Source: Giardia intestinalis
Taxonomy: Eukaryota
Direction: 5' to 3' (one strand)
NCBI GenBank assembly: GCA_000002435.2
Contig: CM018793.1
DNA length: 64,000 bases
Part shown: piece by piece, positions 9,614 through 20,458 of the stretch
Layout of the letters: every line of letters starts with the position of its first letter
Position numbering within the stretch: the first letter of the stretch is position 1
Program-made: the position numbers and the translations under genes
Notes under the pieces: model-generated
Told to the model about the DNA's origin: nothing
The model's input: only the letters and a program-made list of their open reading frames with translations
Database searches by the model: none

Positions 9614-12600
9614 ATGTTTCCTGGCTTACCGAATCCCAGTAAGCCGGTGACTGACAACGATATTATGGACGCGTACCTCCAACTGAGGAAGCAGACGGGA
9701 TCCCGGTCCTCTTCGCCAGCTAAGTCCTTATCGAAGCCGGCCGCCCTTCCCAAGACTCTTAAGCCTATACAAGTTTCGCATCAAATGAAGATAGATACTG
9801 AAACGGCTTCTCTAGCGGTAGAGCATCGGTTTACAGATCACATGTACGACCTCTTTGGAGAGCTTGAAAACGATCCTATTTTTGGGGAAGATGGGCTACT
9901 GAGGAGCAATGGTTCACTTCTACATGTCTCTTCTTCTCTCAAAGTCCCTTTCGGCAAAGAGGTTGGCATTACTGACCTTTCGCCCTCCAGATTCTCGACC
10001 GTGTCTAGCCCTTCCCCGCACTCAACCAGCTCAGGTAGCCTCAAGACAAAGGATCCTTTGGATATTTACCTAGAGTCGGCATATTCTGCTTTAGACACCG
10101 TAAACACCTTTGACCCTTCCGCCGCAGATGTGCTCTATAGGGTGATTAAGTGGCTAGTAACCGACGCTCGAGTCAAGCCTGAGGAGGTAGCGCGCCACAA
10201 GGAAGCATCTGCCCATGCTCTCGCTCTGGTCGCAGACAGAGAAAAAGTGATCGAATCCCTTACAAAGGAGAAGAACTCTGCTGTGGCCGAGTTTGAGGAC
10301 CTACGAAGACAAATAAAAGACTCAGAAAGCGCTGCTGCTAGACTCCAGTTCGACCTAGACTCATCTAGAGCGGAGATTCGCATGCATCTGGAGAAGATCT
10401 CTCTTCTCCAAGCAGATTTACTTGAAGAGGAAAAAAAGTTTTATGACATGAAGATGGAGAGAAATAAGTTAGCTTACCGGAACACGGAGCTGGTCACCAC
10501 TGGTGTTGAGTTACGCACGCAGATAGAGGAGTTTATTAAAGTCCAGAAGGAGTGCACGTCTCACGACGAGGAGTACACTATGGAGATTAAAAGGCTGAAG
10601 AGTGAGCTTGACAATCTGAAGGAGCAGTATGACGATGACATTGTGGCGTATCAGCAAATAGTGGGCTCAAAGACAGAGTTGATTGCAGATTTAACAATGC
10701 AATGCAACACGGCTCAGAATGAAGTTATGATATTAAAGGACAAACTAGCGTACATGCAGAATTGTATTATGGCCAACAAAACGGTCTCAAGCCAAAGAGT
10801 CAAAGATGGGAGCCTTGAGGGCAGCCTTGTCGGGATTGTCGATCAATCAACAAAGAATACTAAAGGCAGTGGTGATCAATCTGATACCGCGTCACAAGCT
10901 AGAGCGGCTGTAAAAAAATCTAAGCCAACTCGTGGTATCGCTGTCCAGATAGGAGGTGACAAAGATGGCCTCTGCACAGTTGCAGGAGAAGATCTAGAGG
11001 ACTCTGAGGCTAGCTCATTTATCCAGTTCAGACTAGGAGATGCAGGAGCCGGTTCTCAGCTACTGGACTTGCCCTCTCTGGCAGCCTTCCTATCTGCCCA
11101 AGTGAGCGCGGAGGCATCGAAGGTGAATGCCCTGCTGGATATATGCTCTACTGGTTCGCCTTCTAAGCAGTCCAATGTTGCTTCCAATGTAATCAGGCGG
11201 AAGATGCAGCTATTCAACAATCAGGTTTCAAAATATAAAGAGCTCTTGATCAAACTTGCTAACTCTGAGGACGTGGCTGTCGATCTGGACGTAGACTCAG
11301 ATATAGACTTTCAGGCCAGCCCACATACCCACTCGGCAAAGAATCCAAACGAGAACCCTTCCAAGAAGACTCTGCATGGAGTAAGCTCCTCTTCTGATGC
11401 CCAATTGAAGACCGATGACATTAGGACGTTGCAGACTATACAAGCAGTGCTTGGTGAGACGTTTACACTGGATGATCTCATCACTAACGAGGAGCTTTTA
11501 CGCATCGTGGGAGAAGCGAAACTGAACTTGCTTCTAGGTAAACTCAAGCAGAGAGGGTGCTCAACCTTTAACGCGAGCAACCTACTCAGCGAGGCTAGCA
11601 CTAAAGACGCCGATGATTCTAAGCTAAGCGTGGCACAGCATTCTCTACCACTCAGGGAGCCAGGAAAAGAACAGCTATTTGCAGCTACGAGTCCTCATGT
11701 TAAAGCACCCAAAAAAGGAGGACAAAAGAATGCACTAGGAACAGAGTCCTTAACCCGCAAAAAAGCTCCATCATTTCCGCAAAAGGTGTTGAATCACACT
11801 GGAGTTAGAACTGCACAGAAAACCATGCCTAATCGTGCAGCAGTACGTGATGGCAAACTTCCACAGGATGAGGCTTCACAGCTTGTCATGGACGGCCGCT
11901 TAGAGGGCCAAATGCTGCAGAAGATCACTGATATTTCGCAAATTGATGTCAACCTTAATCCAGAAAACGACTCACTGATAGAGGAAAATGGGCCAAGCAA
12001 TCTCCTACCTTCCGATATGACTGAAGAGACGCCTATCTACGGATATGTGTCACCGGCTCTCACCTCAGATATATTTGGTGCTGACCCTAAAGGATCACGC
12101 GAGTACCCAACCAAGGTTATCACTGACAAGAACACTGTGGAGAACAAGCCCGAATCAGTTGTGCATAATAGACTCTCTACTGAAACGAGTGTCTCCCAGA
12201 AAAAGCCTGTAACAGCTATTGCTATGACAGGAACGCGAACTGCGACCCAAGAGTCAGCAGAAGAGACACACCAAGCTATGAAGGAAATTCTTGAGCCTCC
12301 TGCTCGCCTGCAAACGCCGCAAGATCAACAGAGGCAGAGAATGCCTCCTGACACGAAGCAACAGGCCATGTACACTGTCACCACCAAGCAAGACTCTCAA
12401 TTGTTAACTGGAATGGTTGTTAAAGCAACAGGTCCTCTAGTTTCTGAAACGCCAGTGCGCATAAAAGGCACACCATCCGTTCAGGTAGGGAAAGCCACGC
12501 CACACATTTATAAGTCCAGTGTACGGCAGCCTAATGACCAGATGGTATTTCTACCAGGTAACCCAGTTAAGAGCATAGGCAAATTGAATGACCATCAGGA

Positions 12601-15600
12601 CAGCGACGATGAATCGGAGTCCAGTTCATCTTCGTCTCTTTCACTAAGTTCACACTTTGAAGATGGCAAGCTCCTAGAGAAGGATGTTGCTGGCGGAGTG
12701 ACCAATGAACCGGCTGCATCTCCAACCCAAATAGGTCTTACTGAAGATCGTAAACATAAAAAGAAGAAGCATAACGCTAAAGCACATATTAAATCTGATA
12801 AGGAACAAGGCATATTGATACAGCTCCAAGGAAAAGATGCTAAGAAGGGCTACTACACGTATCTACAGACAAAGAACGACAAGGCATTGCAGTATGAACC
12901 TCTCCTCGAGGGCAGCCGTGCATTTTCTGATGTTATTCTCACGGCGTCACATATTTATGATCCACATTTTGAGAATGCCCTTCTGGCGAAAAGTAAGCAG
13001 GCGCTGGAGCGCATTAAGACCAGGGCCCTGTCGGACCGCACAAAGCTACAGATGGCAGACCTTGATTATAACTACAAAATGCCGGCAAACAGCATCTTGC
13101 AAGGATCCCAACTTCTCAAACGTCAGCAATCAGAGCCGGATCTGTCCAGGGGCTCCGAGAAGCTGGGCGGCCCTATCGTTACGGCCTTGTTTGATGGAAC
13201 AATTCCTCATGTAGATGGAGTTACATCAGTTGCAAAGAAACTGATAGAAAATAAAGCTATTGATCACACTCCTAGAGGAGATGCTTCTGTGAGTGACCTA
13301 GATCTTTCGGGCCTTAGAACATATGACACAGGAAGCTTTGCGTCAAGCAAGTCGGTATTGGACAATGACGATCCACTAATTGACATGGCACAACGCGCAG
13401 TGAGACATTTCCGCTTGGTTGGTAAAAGCATGCAAGCGGACGACACTCCACCCTTCACTACTGAAGCAGCTACCAGTACACCCATGCGGGAAGAACTGCC
13501 CACAAATCCTAAGCCTTTACTCTCCTTGCATCAATCACCTCCAATAGAGCTGCAAGAGCATAAGACTGCGGCTGGGGAAGTGTGCCAATCCAGTCACGAT
13601 ATGTCTGCGTCGAAGCCTGAACCTACCCTAGCGTCTGCAAAACGTGAGAATTTAGTCTCACAGGCGAGCTCCTTGTTGAAGAAAACAGCCCCCATCCTGG
13701 TTCGTACATTTGAACCTGATCCGCTTTTATCGGACCGAGCCACTGATGAAGAAGGTAGCACTAATAAGTGTTGTTATGATATTGAGTCTATCTTTTCACT
13801 GGGAATGCCTAGCGACGAGAAGTCCTTTGAATTGCTAAGAACTGCTGTTTCGGCGCTAGCTGCTAAAAATATGGCATTGCATGATGAGATAGAAATGCTT
13901 AAGCAGAAGCTTGCAAGCGCTAAATCCACTAGCATCGCTCATCCGACTCCGTCAATATCTATGGCATGTCAATCAGATCCCAATCCAGCGGCAATGGCGT
14001 CACCAGCAAAGACAGATACTGAGGCATTTACTGTTGCCGCGGATTCATCTCACCCGAAGCGGCAAGAATTGCGATCTTTTTATCCCCCAAAGGCATTGAA
14101 TGTTCCTGCGCAGTGTTCTTCTAATGACCTCGTGGACCAGCAGCCTAATGCTTCTTTTGTGTCGCCTCCAACAAACTCCTTTGTAGAAATTAAGTCACAG
14201 GAGGGACTGATAGATACACGCTCTCCATGTCAATTTGAGACTGATCAAAGGACTATCAATTTGGAGTTTTCCAACGAGGAGAGAGTAGGTTCAGCGGTCG
14301 TAAAGCGAAAGCTAGGATATGAGGTGTTGACACACGTTGCCCAGGTAGCTCACGAGCCGCTTCTCAAGCCAAATAAGGACATAGTCCACCAATCAGAACT
14401 TTATGCCTATCCTCTTGTTGATCCAGCAGCTGAGAATACAGCGGATGGTGGCTTTGGAGCTTCACTTACCTATGATACTGCCTTAAATCTGGCGAAGTCT
14501 TCTATTAGCAAGTCGATAATAGTTAAGAACAAGGCCATAGATCATCCAACCCAGTCAGCAGAGCTCGACAATCTAATGCAGATAGACCCTAACAGTGAGC
14601 ATGTTCTTGCCCTGTCTGATGGCTCCGAAGATGAATTCCATCAGTTGGCAAGTACCAACACTGCTGATACTTTTAGACCCAGTGCTACAGAACAGCACAT
14701 AAATAGAATTCTGTTTCGCAATCACGCAAAGCCTCTGCTAGATGAGTACACGTCCATCAAGCATGCCAATGGACTCACTACTAATGCAAATTCACGCGAC
14801 GAAAATATTCCTAGTGCTCGATCCGCAGCACTACCTGTTTTGGTTACTGATCTAAAAGCTGCAGGTCTCAAAGGGAGGCCTCATCGCTCTGCAAGCGCAT
14901 CAACCAGTGTCCAGGGTACTGCTTTGCAACTGTTCCCCGCGGAAGATATTGACACGCAAAATCAGTATCTGGTAAGAACAGGATCATGCAAGGCAATCTT
15001 GATAACTACGCAAAATGAAGAGCCCCTGGGTAGCAAGGAATTAGAAAATTCTAATGGCAACATTGCTAGCAGTACTGATAATCAAAAACCTCCTTCAACG
15101 TCTGATAGGTTTTTACAGGGGCTGCAACCTCCCACCAATGGAAGAATCCAGCTAGATGGAGATGAAGATAAGACCACTGTTGTTGGCGCATCTCAGTACA
15201 ATCCATATATGCAGAAAAGAGTTGTGCCTTATGGAGACTTGCAGACGAGTAGAATCCACGTCCAGGATAACTGCGAAGTGGTCCCTGCTGATCTTTTATA
15301 CAAGGAGCCAACCGATGAAGAGGTAATAAGGCAGCACATACACCAGTCTGCACAGGCAGACCTAGATGCTTCGGCTGAAAGGCTTGGCAGTCTGGTGCGT
15401 AATCGGTGCAACGCTATCACAGAGCGCCCTATCAACTTAAAGTCACAACGCTCTTCTCCAAAACAATCGCCATCTAGATCTATCTCCCCAACCGTTACAG
15501 CTATGGGCAAGGGCGAGGTTTCTGCGGAGCCTCACCTCTATACTAGCGCACCTCTGAGTCCTATGCGGATGCTTCCACAGCAAAATGACGGGGCCGTTCA

Positions 15601-17803
15601 TCAGGGCTTGCAATCCAAACGTATGTCATATCCAAACACGTTCACTTGGAGAGAAGAAAAGCACCATGATTTTCAGGTTCTGTCTCCACGACGGCACACA
15701 TCAAACAAGAAGACAGGGTCATCGTTCAGCTTAGCGCTAAAGAAGGAAGAGCTGCGGCAACGGAATGAATTAGCTAAGCACATTCACATCCTAGAGGCAG
15801 AACTAGCGCTTGAGCGACAGCGCGTTGAAATGGCGCAGACAAATCCCATGATGATATCGTGCAACTACAATCCAAGCTCTTACCCCTCTGCATTTTTTCA
15901 GGTGAGCGACGGGTTCAAGACTATAATGATCAAAAATCTCAAGAGCAAGCCAGCTGCCCGTCTCCTTTTGCGTGTAGGATCAGATTCTTTAGAGCGGAAC
16001 GATGCTTCTTCCGTGAGGGCGCCTGTAGCAACCCGCTCGCATAGATCTGTTCACCTTCCTTCTGCTCCAGTGGCTATTCCATTATTTGAGCCAACTGAAG
16101 TCCATCAAGGGCTGGCGATAAGCGTTAAGAAAGAGCAGAACCCGGATATCAATGAGCATGTTACCTTCAATGACTCTCTCACCTATGCCACTGCACTAGA
16201 CTGTTTACTGAATGAGATTTTTCCGCTCCCGCCTTCTATCTATAACAACACGCTGACATCATCAGCATTCCTTCAGTCCTATGTTGCAAAGTTTCCAGAA
16301 CTAGCTGAACTACGCAGAGCTCGGACAGCTGCAGCAGATATTCTTCTTTTAGTTCCAGCATCCTGTCCTGCAGCAGAATTGGGAAAATACATTTGTGACT
16401 ACCGTGCGACTAATCCACAAACACATACCTATCCATTGGCTATCGGGGACAAGGTGACCATGGTCTTTTATAAACAAGAGCTTACCAAAGGGGATGGGCG
16501 CGTCATAGAGTCCACACCTGATCCTGCTATCCAGTTCCTGGTCACTAACTCACCAGATCTACAACTGTTACGATATAACACTACAGCAATATATGCATTA
16601 CTTCCATGCCATGTTAAGATTAAATCCATCTCTTGGTTGACACGATTGATCCGACTTCTGATTGAAGAGATTACAAGTCAGGGCCCAGTATCTGCTTTGC
16701 TAGATAGGAACATGGCTATTAAGCGCGTCCATTTATGGGCAAAGAAAAAGTATGGTCTTCAACAATTGGTTACGAATCTTCTCTGGCATCTGTATTGCTC
16801 TCTACTTTTTCATCGACGCACTGATGTAGAGGTGGATTTCTTTGCACGTATTCTGTGCGGAGACTATGATGCCGACCAGCTAAACTTTTATTTGAGCCTC
16901 CGCGATCTGCTTATGCTATCTGCAGGTGCTCAAGATAAGGATAAAGATAAAAGTAGAGACAACTGTGATAGCGGAGATTCTTCTGCAGCTTCCGATAAAA
17001 GTCAACACATAATCGCCTTGAGCGCAGCATTCTCAGTGACAGACAAGCTTTTCCCGATGCTAAACTCCGCTGACGCCTATGAGGTGTTTGGGGCCATCCT
17101 GGACAATTCTACCTTAATGACAGACTCCAGGGATGTTTTCAGAACCGATCTCCGTGCGCATATTAGCACTGTAAAAGACAATCCTGACAAGTGCTCCTCC
17201 ATACGGTCTCTTTCCGTGCCTGTAGGAACTCTGGAAACGTATGTGCTCGTACACATATTACTTAGCATATACACATCTAGAAGAACGGTATTTAACATGC
17301 ATCTCATAGATTTGTTTGAAGCAAGTGCTAGCAGTGCCGGTCCCAAAGCAGGACTGAGCTTAGAAATTGGTCTCGAGATTCTGCGGAAAGCGTGGCCGTA
17401 CCTGCACCGCGAGACCATACTCTCGTTAGTTCATAGAAAGAACCCCAACTCCGCGGTAACTCAGGTGCTGCATTTCGAGGAGTTCGTGGAGCTGTTGGCA
17501 GGTCTTGTTATTGCACCCCCTACTACGATAGACCCTCTCCTTCTACAAGCAAAGGCCGGATTTGCTGCTGCGGAGCAGCAAGCGGTGAAGTTGATACCTC
17601 TTTTGGACAAGGATGTGCCGGACGATGCAGCGCTTTTGCAGGCGCTGGATTCTTTGCGGCAAGATGCCATTGCTGCGCTGCAAAGGCAGTGTTCGCTCAA
17701 GGCAAATGTTGTGGTCGCTGAGTACCTTCGGGTGGCAGAGTTTGAAGGAATGAGGAGAGGCCTTGTGGAAGAAACTCCCGATACTCCAAACGAAATAGAA
17801 TGA
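9614..17803 (+). CDS. Giant hypothetical protein (2729 aa). N-terminal coiled coil, a long Ser/Thr/Pro/acidic low-complexity middle, and a more structured C-terminal roughly 800 aa.
   Basis: Single uninterrupted ORF with ATG at 9614 after an AT-rich leader. Heptad-rich region around aa 200-400. Acidic/Ser clusters such as DSDDESESSSSSSLSLSS. No recognisable catalytic motifs. Confidence 0.7.
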   Translation: MFPGLPNPSKPVTDNDIMDAYLQLRKQTGSRSSSPAKSLSKPAALPKTLKPIQVSHQMKIDTETASLAVEHRFTDHMYDLFGELENDPIFGEDGLLRSNGSLLHVSSSLKVPFGKEVGITDLSPSRFSTVSSPSPHSTSSGSLKTKDPLDIYLESAYSALDTVNTFDPSAADVLYRVIKWLVTDARVKPEEVARHKEASAHALALVADREKVIESLTKEKNSAVAEFEDLRRQIKDSESAAARLQFDLDSSRAEIRMHLEKISLLQADLLEEEKKFYDMKMERNKLAYRNTELVTTGVELRTQIEEFIKVQKECTSHDEEYTMEIKRLKSELDNLKEQYDDDIVAYQQIVGSKTELIADLTMQCNTAQNEVMILKDKLAYMQNCIMANKTVSSQRVKDGSLEGSLVGIVDQSTKNTKGSGDQSDTASQARAAVKKSKPTRGIAVQIGGDKDGLCTVAGEDLEDSEASSFIQFRLGDAGAGSQLLDLPSLAAFLSAQVSAEASKVNALLDICSTGSPSKQSNVASNVIRRKMQLFNNQVSKYKELLIKLANSEDVAVDLDVDSDIDFQASPHTHSAKNPNENPSKKTLHGVSSSSDAQLKTDDIRTLQTIQAVLGETFTLDDLITNEELLRIVGEAKLNLLLGKLKQRGCSTFNASNLLSEASTKDADDSKLSVAQHSLPLREPGKEQLFAATSPHVKAPKKGGQKNALGTESLTRKKAPSFPQKVLNHTGVRTAQKTMPNRAAVRDGKLPQDEASQLVMDGRLEGQMLQKITDISQIDVNLNPENDSLIEENGPSNLLPSDMTEETPIYGYVSPALTSDIFGADPKGSREYPTKVITDKNTVENKPESVVHNRLSTETSVSQKKPVTAIAMTGTRTATQESAEETHQAMKEILEPPARLQTPQDQQRQRMPPDTKQQAMYTVTTKQDSQLLTGMVVKATGPLVSETPVRIKGTPSVQVGKATPHIYKSSVRQPNDQMVFLPGNPVKSIGKLNDHQDSDDESESSSSSSLSLSSHFEDGKLLEKDVAGGVTNEPAASPTQIGLTEDRKHKKKKHNAKAHIKSDKEQGILIQLQGKDAKKGYYTYLQTKNDKALQYEPLLEGSRAFSDVILTASHIYDPHFENALLAKSKQALERIKTRALSDRTKLQMADLDYNYKMPANSILQGSQLLKRQQSEPDLSRGSEKLGGPIVTALFDGTIPHVDGVTSVAKKLIENKAIDHTPRGDASVSDLDLSGLRTYDTGSFASSKSVLDNDDPLIDMAQRAVRHFRLVGKSMQADDTPPFTTEAATSTPMREELPTNPKPLLSLHQSPPIELQEHKTAAGEVCQSSHDMSASKPEPTLASAKRENLVSQASSLLKKTAPILVRTFEPDPLLSDRATDEEGSTNKCCYDIESIFSLGMPSDEKSFELLRTAVSALAAKNMALHDEIEMLKQKLASAKSTSIAHPTPSISMACQSDPNPAAMASPAKTDTEAFTVAADSSHPKRQELRSFYPPKALNVPAQCSSNDLVDQQPNASFVSPPTNSFVEIKSQEGLIDTRSPCQFETDQRTINLEFSNEERVGSAVVKRKLGYEVLTHVAQVAHEPLLKPNKDIVHQSELYAYPLVDPAAENTADGGFGASLTYDTALNLAKSSISKSIIVKNKAIDHPTQSAELDNLMQIDPNSEHVLALSDGSEDEFHQLASTNTADTFRPSATEQHINRILFRNHAKPLLDEYTSIKHANGLTTNANSRDENIPSARSAALPVLVTDLKAAGLKGRPHRSASASTSVQGTALQLFPAEDIDTQNQYLVRTGSCKAILITTQNEEPLGSKELENSNGNIASSTDNQKPPSTSDRFLQGLQPPTNGRIQLDGDEDKTTVVGASQYNPYMQKRVVPYGDLQTSRIHVQDNCEVVPADLLYKEPTDEEVIRQHIHQSAQADLDASAERLGSLVRNRCNAITERPINLKSQRSSPKQSPSRSISPTVTAMGKGEVSAEPHLYTSAPLSPMRMLPQQNDGAVHQGLQSKRMSYPNTFTWREEKHHDFQVLSPRRHTSNKKTGSSFSLALKKEELRQRNELAKHIHILEAELALERQRVEMAQTNPMMISCNYNPSSYPSAFFQVSDGFKTIMIKNLKSKPAARLLLRVGSDSLERNDASSVRAPVATRSHRSVHLPSAPVAIPLFEPTEVHQGLAISVKKEQNPDINEHVTFNDSLTYATALDCLLNEIFPLPPSIYNNTLTSSAFLQSYVAKFPELAELRRARTAAADILLLVPASCPAAELGKYICDYRATNPQTHTYPLAIGDKVTMVFYKQELTKGDGRVIESTPDPAIQFLVTNSPDLQLLRYNTTAIYALLPCHVKIKSISWLTRLIRLLIEEITSQGPVSALLDRNMAIKRVHLWAKKKYGLQQLVTNLLWHLYCSLLFHRRTDVEVDFFARILCGDYDADQLNFYLSLRDLLMLSAGAQDKDKDKSRDNCDSGDSSAASDKSQHIIALSAAFSVTDKLFPMLNSADAYEVFGAILDNSTLMTDSRDVFRTDLRAHISTVKDNPDKCSSIRSLSVPVGTLETYVLVHILLSIYTSRRTVFNMHLIDLFEASASSAGPKAGLSLEIGLEILRKAWPYLHRETILSLVHRKNPNSAVTQVLHFEEFVELLAGLVIAPPTTIDPLLLQAKAGFAAAEQQAVKLIPLLDKDVPDDAALLQALDSLRQDAIAALQRQCSLKANVVVAEYLRVAEFEGMRRGLVEETPDTPNEIE

Positions 17804-17867
17804 ACTCCTTCCCCATAAAGCCAACTATACTTATGTAAAAGTGTGTGTTGTCGCTTTGAATAAAAGT

Positions 17868-18374
17868 ATGGAGCGTGAAGAGGTTCCTGTTTTTGACCCT
17901 GAAACGCTCGAGATAATAGGGAAGAGGTATCGCGATGAACTTACGAAAGAGGACATCCATGGAATTGTCTGCGTTGTCGTCGAGAATTCCGTTGGACAGA
18001 TATTTATGCAAGTTCGCTCTCACACGAAGAAGCTCTATCCTGGAGCCTTTGATCTGTCTGCAAGCGGGTTTGTGCGTGCAGGCGAGCGCTTTGAGGAGTC
18101 TGCATCTCGTGAGCTTGCAGAGGAAATTGGACTGATCGTCGACCCCTCAGCGTTGTCTGAGAGATTGATTTTCCGGGGGATGCTAGCGCCTTCAGAGTAC
18201 CCCTGCTATACACATGTTTACAAGGTACAGACGGATGAGCCGCCTTTGACGTCGACTGATGAGGTCGAGGATGGAAAGTGGTTTGCTCTAGACGAACTGC
18301 GGACAGCAATGCAGACCCAGCCAAAGCGTTTCACACGACTTGCACCTTTGGTTCTGAACCGAGTTTATCCATGA
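17868..18374 (+). CDS. Nudix hydrolase
   Basis: Canonical Nudix box GFVRAGERFEESASRELAEEIGL (Gx5Ex7REUxEExGU). The ORF-track start at 17841 is GTG; the first ATG is 17868, after aataaaagt. Confidence 0.8.
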   Translation: MEREEVPVFDPETLEIIGKRYRDELTKEDIHGIVCVVVENSVGQIFMQVRSHTKKLYPGAFDLSASGFVRAGERFEESASRELAEEIGLIVDPSALSERLIFRGMLAPSEYPCYTHVYKVQTDEPPLTSTDEVEDGKWFALDELRTAMQTQPKRFTRLAPLVLNRVYP

Positions 18375-18381
18375 TTAGAGC

Positions 18382-19524
18382 TTAACAGCCATTAAGGACG
18401 CTCATGATTATTCCCCTCTCTGCTTCGTCAGGACACATTTCGTATGGCTGTGTCTGCTTCTTGACGTCTTGTGCTGGAGATACGCAGTAGAGCGTGCTAT
18501 AATACTGTGCATAGTCATGAACTGTCAGACCTCCTTCAACGCCATTCCGTTTTGCATATCCCAGAAGTGAGTTAGATAAGCACCTGATCTTGTTGAACCA
18601 CAGTGGCTTGTTCTTCTTAATCCAGTAGTGCAGTGTTTCGACCTCATTAAGCTCATTGATGAATCCTGTTTCGACTGCGAACTCCATCGCTCTCGTGCTA
18701 TCTTCATCTGGAAATGCTCTGCGCAAACTGTCCACTGCTTGCTTTCCAATCTTAATGGATGTCTCGGTGTTATTACTGTAGGCCATTACAATAGACTTCG
18801 GGGCTATCCTGAGGATTAGATCGCTGAATGTAGAGTTTTCTACAGGCACATAGTCTTGTAGTGCACCTATCTCGTCTATTACACTTTCCAATTTGAACTG
18901 GGCGGTGATACTGGATAGTTTTTCACGGACCCACTGTGGCTTTAAGGATACACCTATATCAATGTATTGTGATGCTATACTTAGCATTCGCAATAGATCT
19001 GCGTACCTATTTTGTTTAGATGGTTCTTGATCTATATGGAGAACATTCAATGGGACGCCTTCATCTCGTAAGCGTCGTGCAATGCGAGCGACTGCTTCTA
19101 TATGGCGATAGTCCGTCATGTTGTTGGGATCATCGTTGAGATATATCATCAAATCAGTTGTTATTCCTTTGCTCGCTAAGTACTGGATGTCATAAACATA
19201 ATCTTCCTCGTACGGGAGGACTCCCTTGCTATAGTAATCTTCATACTCCCACTCCACAGACCCTGCGAAGAGAATTACGTTATTAAAGCCATGGAGTGAG
19301 CAAAAGTCTGCTAACTTTTCTATTTCTCCCTGTCTGTTTTTGATCAGGAGGATCCAGGCAGGCGTGCCGTCAATACGGTTGGTTGTGGAGTGAGACCACA
19401 CATAGAGGGACTTCTTTTGTTCTTTATATGCAGTAAATTCCGGATATAGCGCGTCTACATCACTTGAAGAAGTGAATGCGTATGTTGTTACTGCAAGCTC
19501 AAGGATCAGTCCCAGTGTGAGCAT
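18382..19524 (-). CDS. Hypothetical secreted protein (380 aa)
   Basis: Real ATG at 19524 and N-terminal signal peptide MLTLGLILELAVTTYAFTSS. No motif I can name. Its stop lies 7 bp from the Nudix stop, so the two genes are convergent. Confidence 0.5.
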   Translation of the reverse strand: MLTLGLILELAVTTYAFTSSSDVDALYPEFTAYKEQKKSLYVWSHSTTNRIDGTPAWILLIKNRQGEIEKLADFCSLHGFNNVILFAGSVEWEYEDYYSKGVLPYEEDYVYDIQYLASKGITTDLMIYLNDDPNNMTDYRHIEAVARIARRLRDEGVPLNVLHIDQEPSKQNRYADLLRMLSIASQYIDIGVSLKPQWVREKLSSITAQFKLESVIDEIGALQDYVPVENSTFSDLILRIAPKSIVMAYSNNTETSIKIGKQAVDSLRRAFPDEDSTRAMEFAVETGFINELNEVETLHYWIKKNKPLWFNKIRCLSNSLLGYAKRNGVEGGLTVHDYAQYYSTLYCVSPAQDVKKQTQPYEMCPDEAERGIIMSVLNGC

Positions 19525-20458
19525 TTTATTTCCCGGGCCAGAGCATAGCTTATTAAGCCATCATTCGATTGGGTACACATATGAACAATGAGTTCCTAGT
19601 GTTCATATACTTTGGCTGAGACTTTCCTCTTCAGATACGATTACAAAAGTCTAAGATCACCTTTCTAACTATTATCTGAACAAGTTTCTTGGTAAGAAGC
19701 ATTGTTCAGATTCACACCCCAATACTTTATATCAATAATTTAGAAAGTTTCTGTAGACTGCTTGTATTATGCTGATATGTCTTTGAATAACTTGCCAACC
19801 ATATCTGCATTATCTACAAGTAAAAAGGAGAGTGCCGTATATTGCTGACTGGTGATGCATCGCACAGAAAGCATACCACAAGACAGTTTAGATAATAATT
19901 CACTCCACCTTAGTTATTTTCATCGTCGGCTCTTTGGGACTGACTAATGGCTGCCTCTGTCGTCTCTTGGTGTCCGTCCAGTTCGTGGCCTCAGAGATAC
20001 TTGAGATCTCCGGGTAGCTGGCGGTTCTTCCTTTCCAATCGCTTTGGAGACAGACTCTCGGAGCCTGTTAACTAGCCCCATCGGGTGCTCACTTTGCTGC
20101 CATGCCAAATCTCTCAAGATGTTTCTGGACATAGAATGGAGAAGTCATCTGCTCCATGTGTAATTGAGAGCATCCTATCCTTGTATCTTTGCTGCTTCCT
20201 CGTCGTAGTCAGTATGGCTATTGAATGATGCACACGTCAACTGCCTTTCACTTGCCGATAATCCAGATATCCAGCTGTTGAGTATGCGCCAGCTCCCCTA
20301 CAGCTAAGGATTGTGTGAGTGACCATGTCTGGCTTTTAGTCCTTTCTTTGTGCAGCCTTGGGGACCCTCCTCCATGGTCAAGGATTGAGCAGTCTATAAT
20401 GGCAGGATTGCGCTCGCCAGGGGCCCTTTTCCTGTCTCCTGGTGATCTAATAGTCTTT

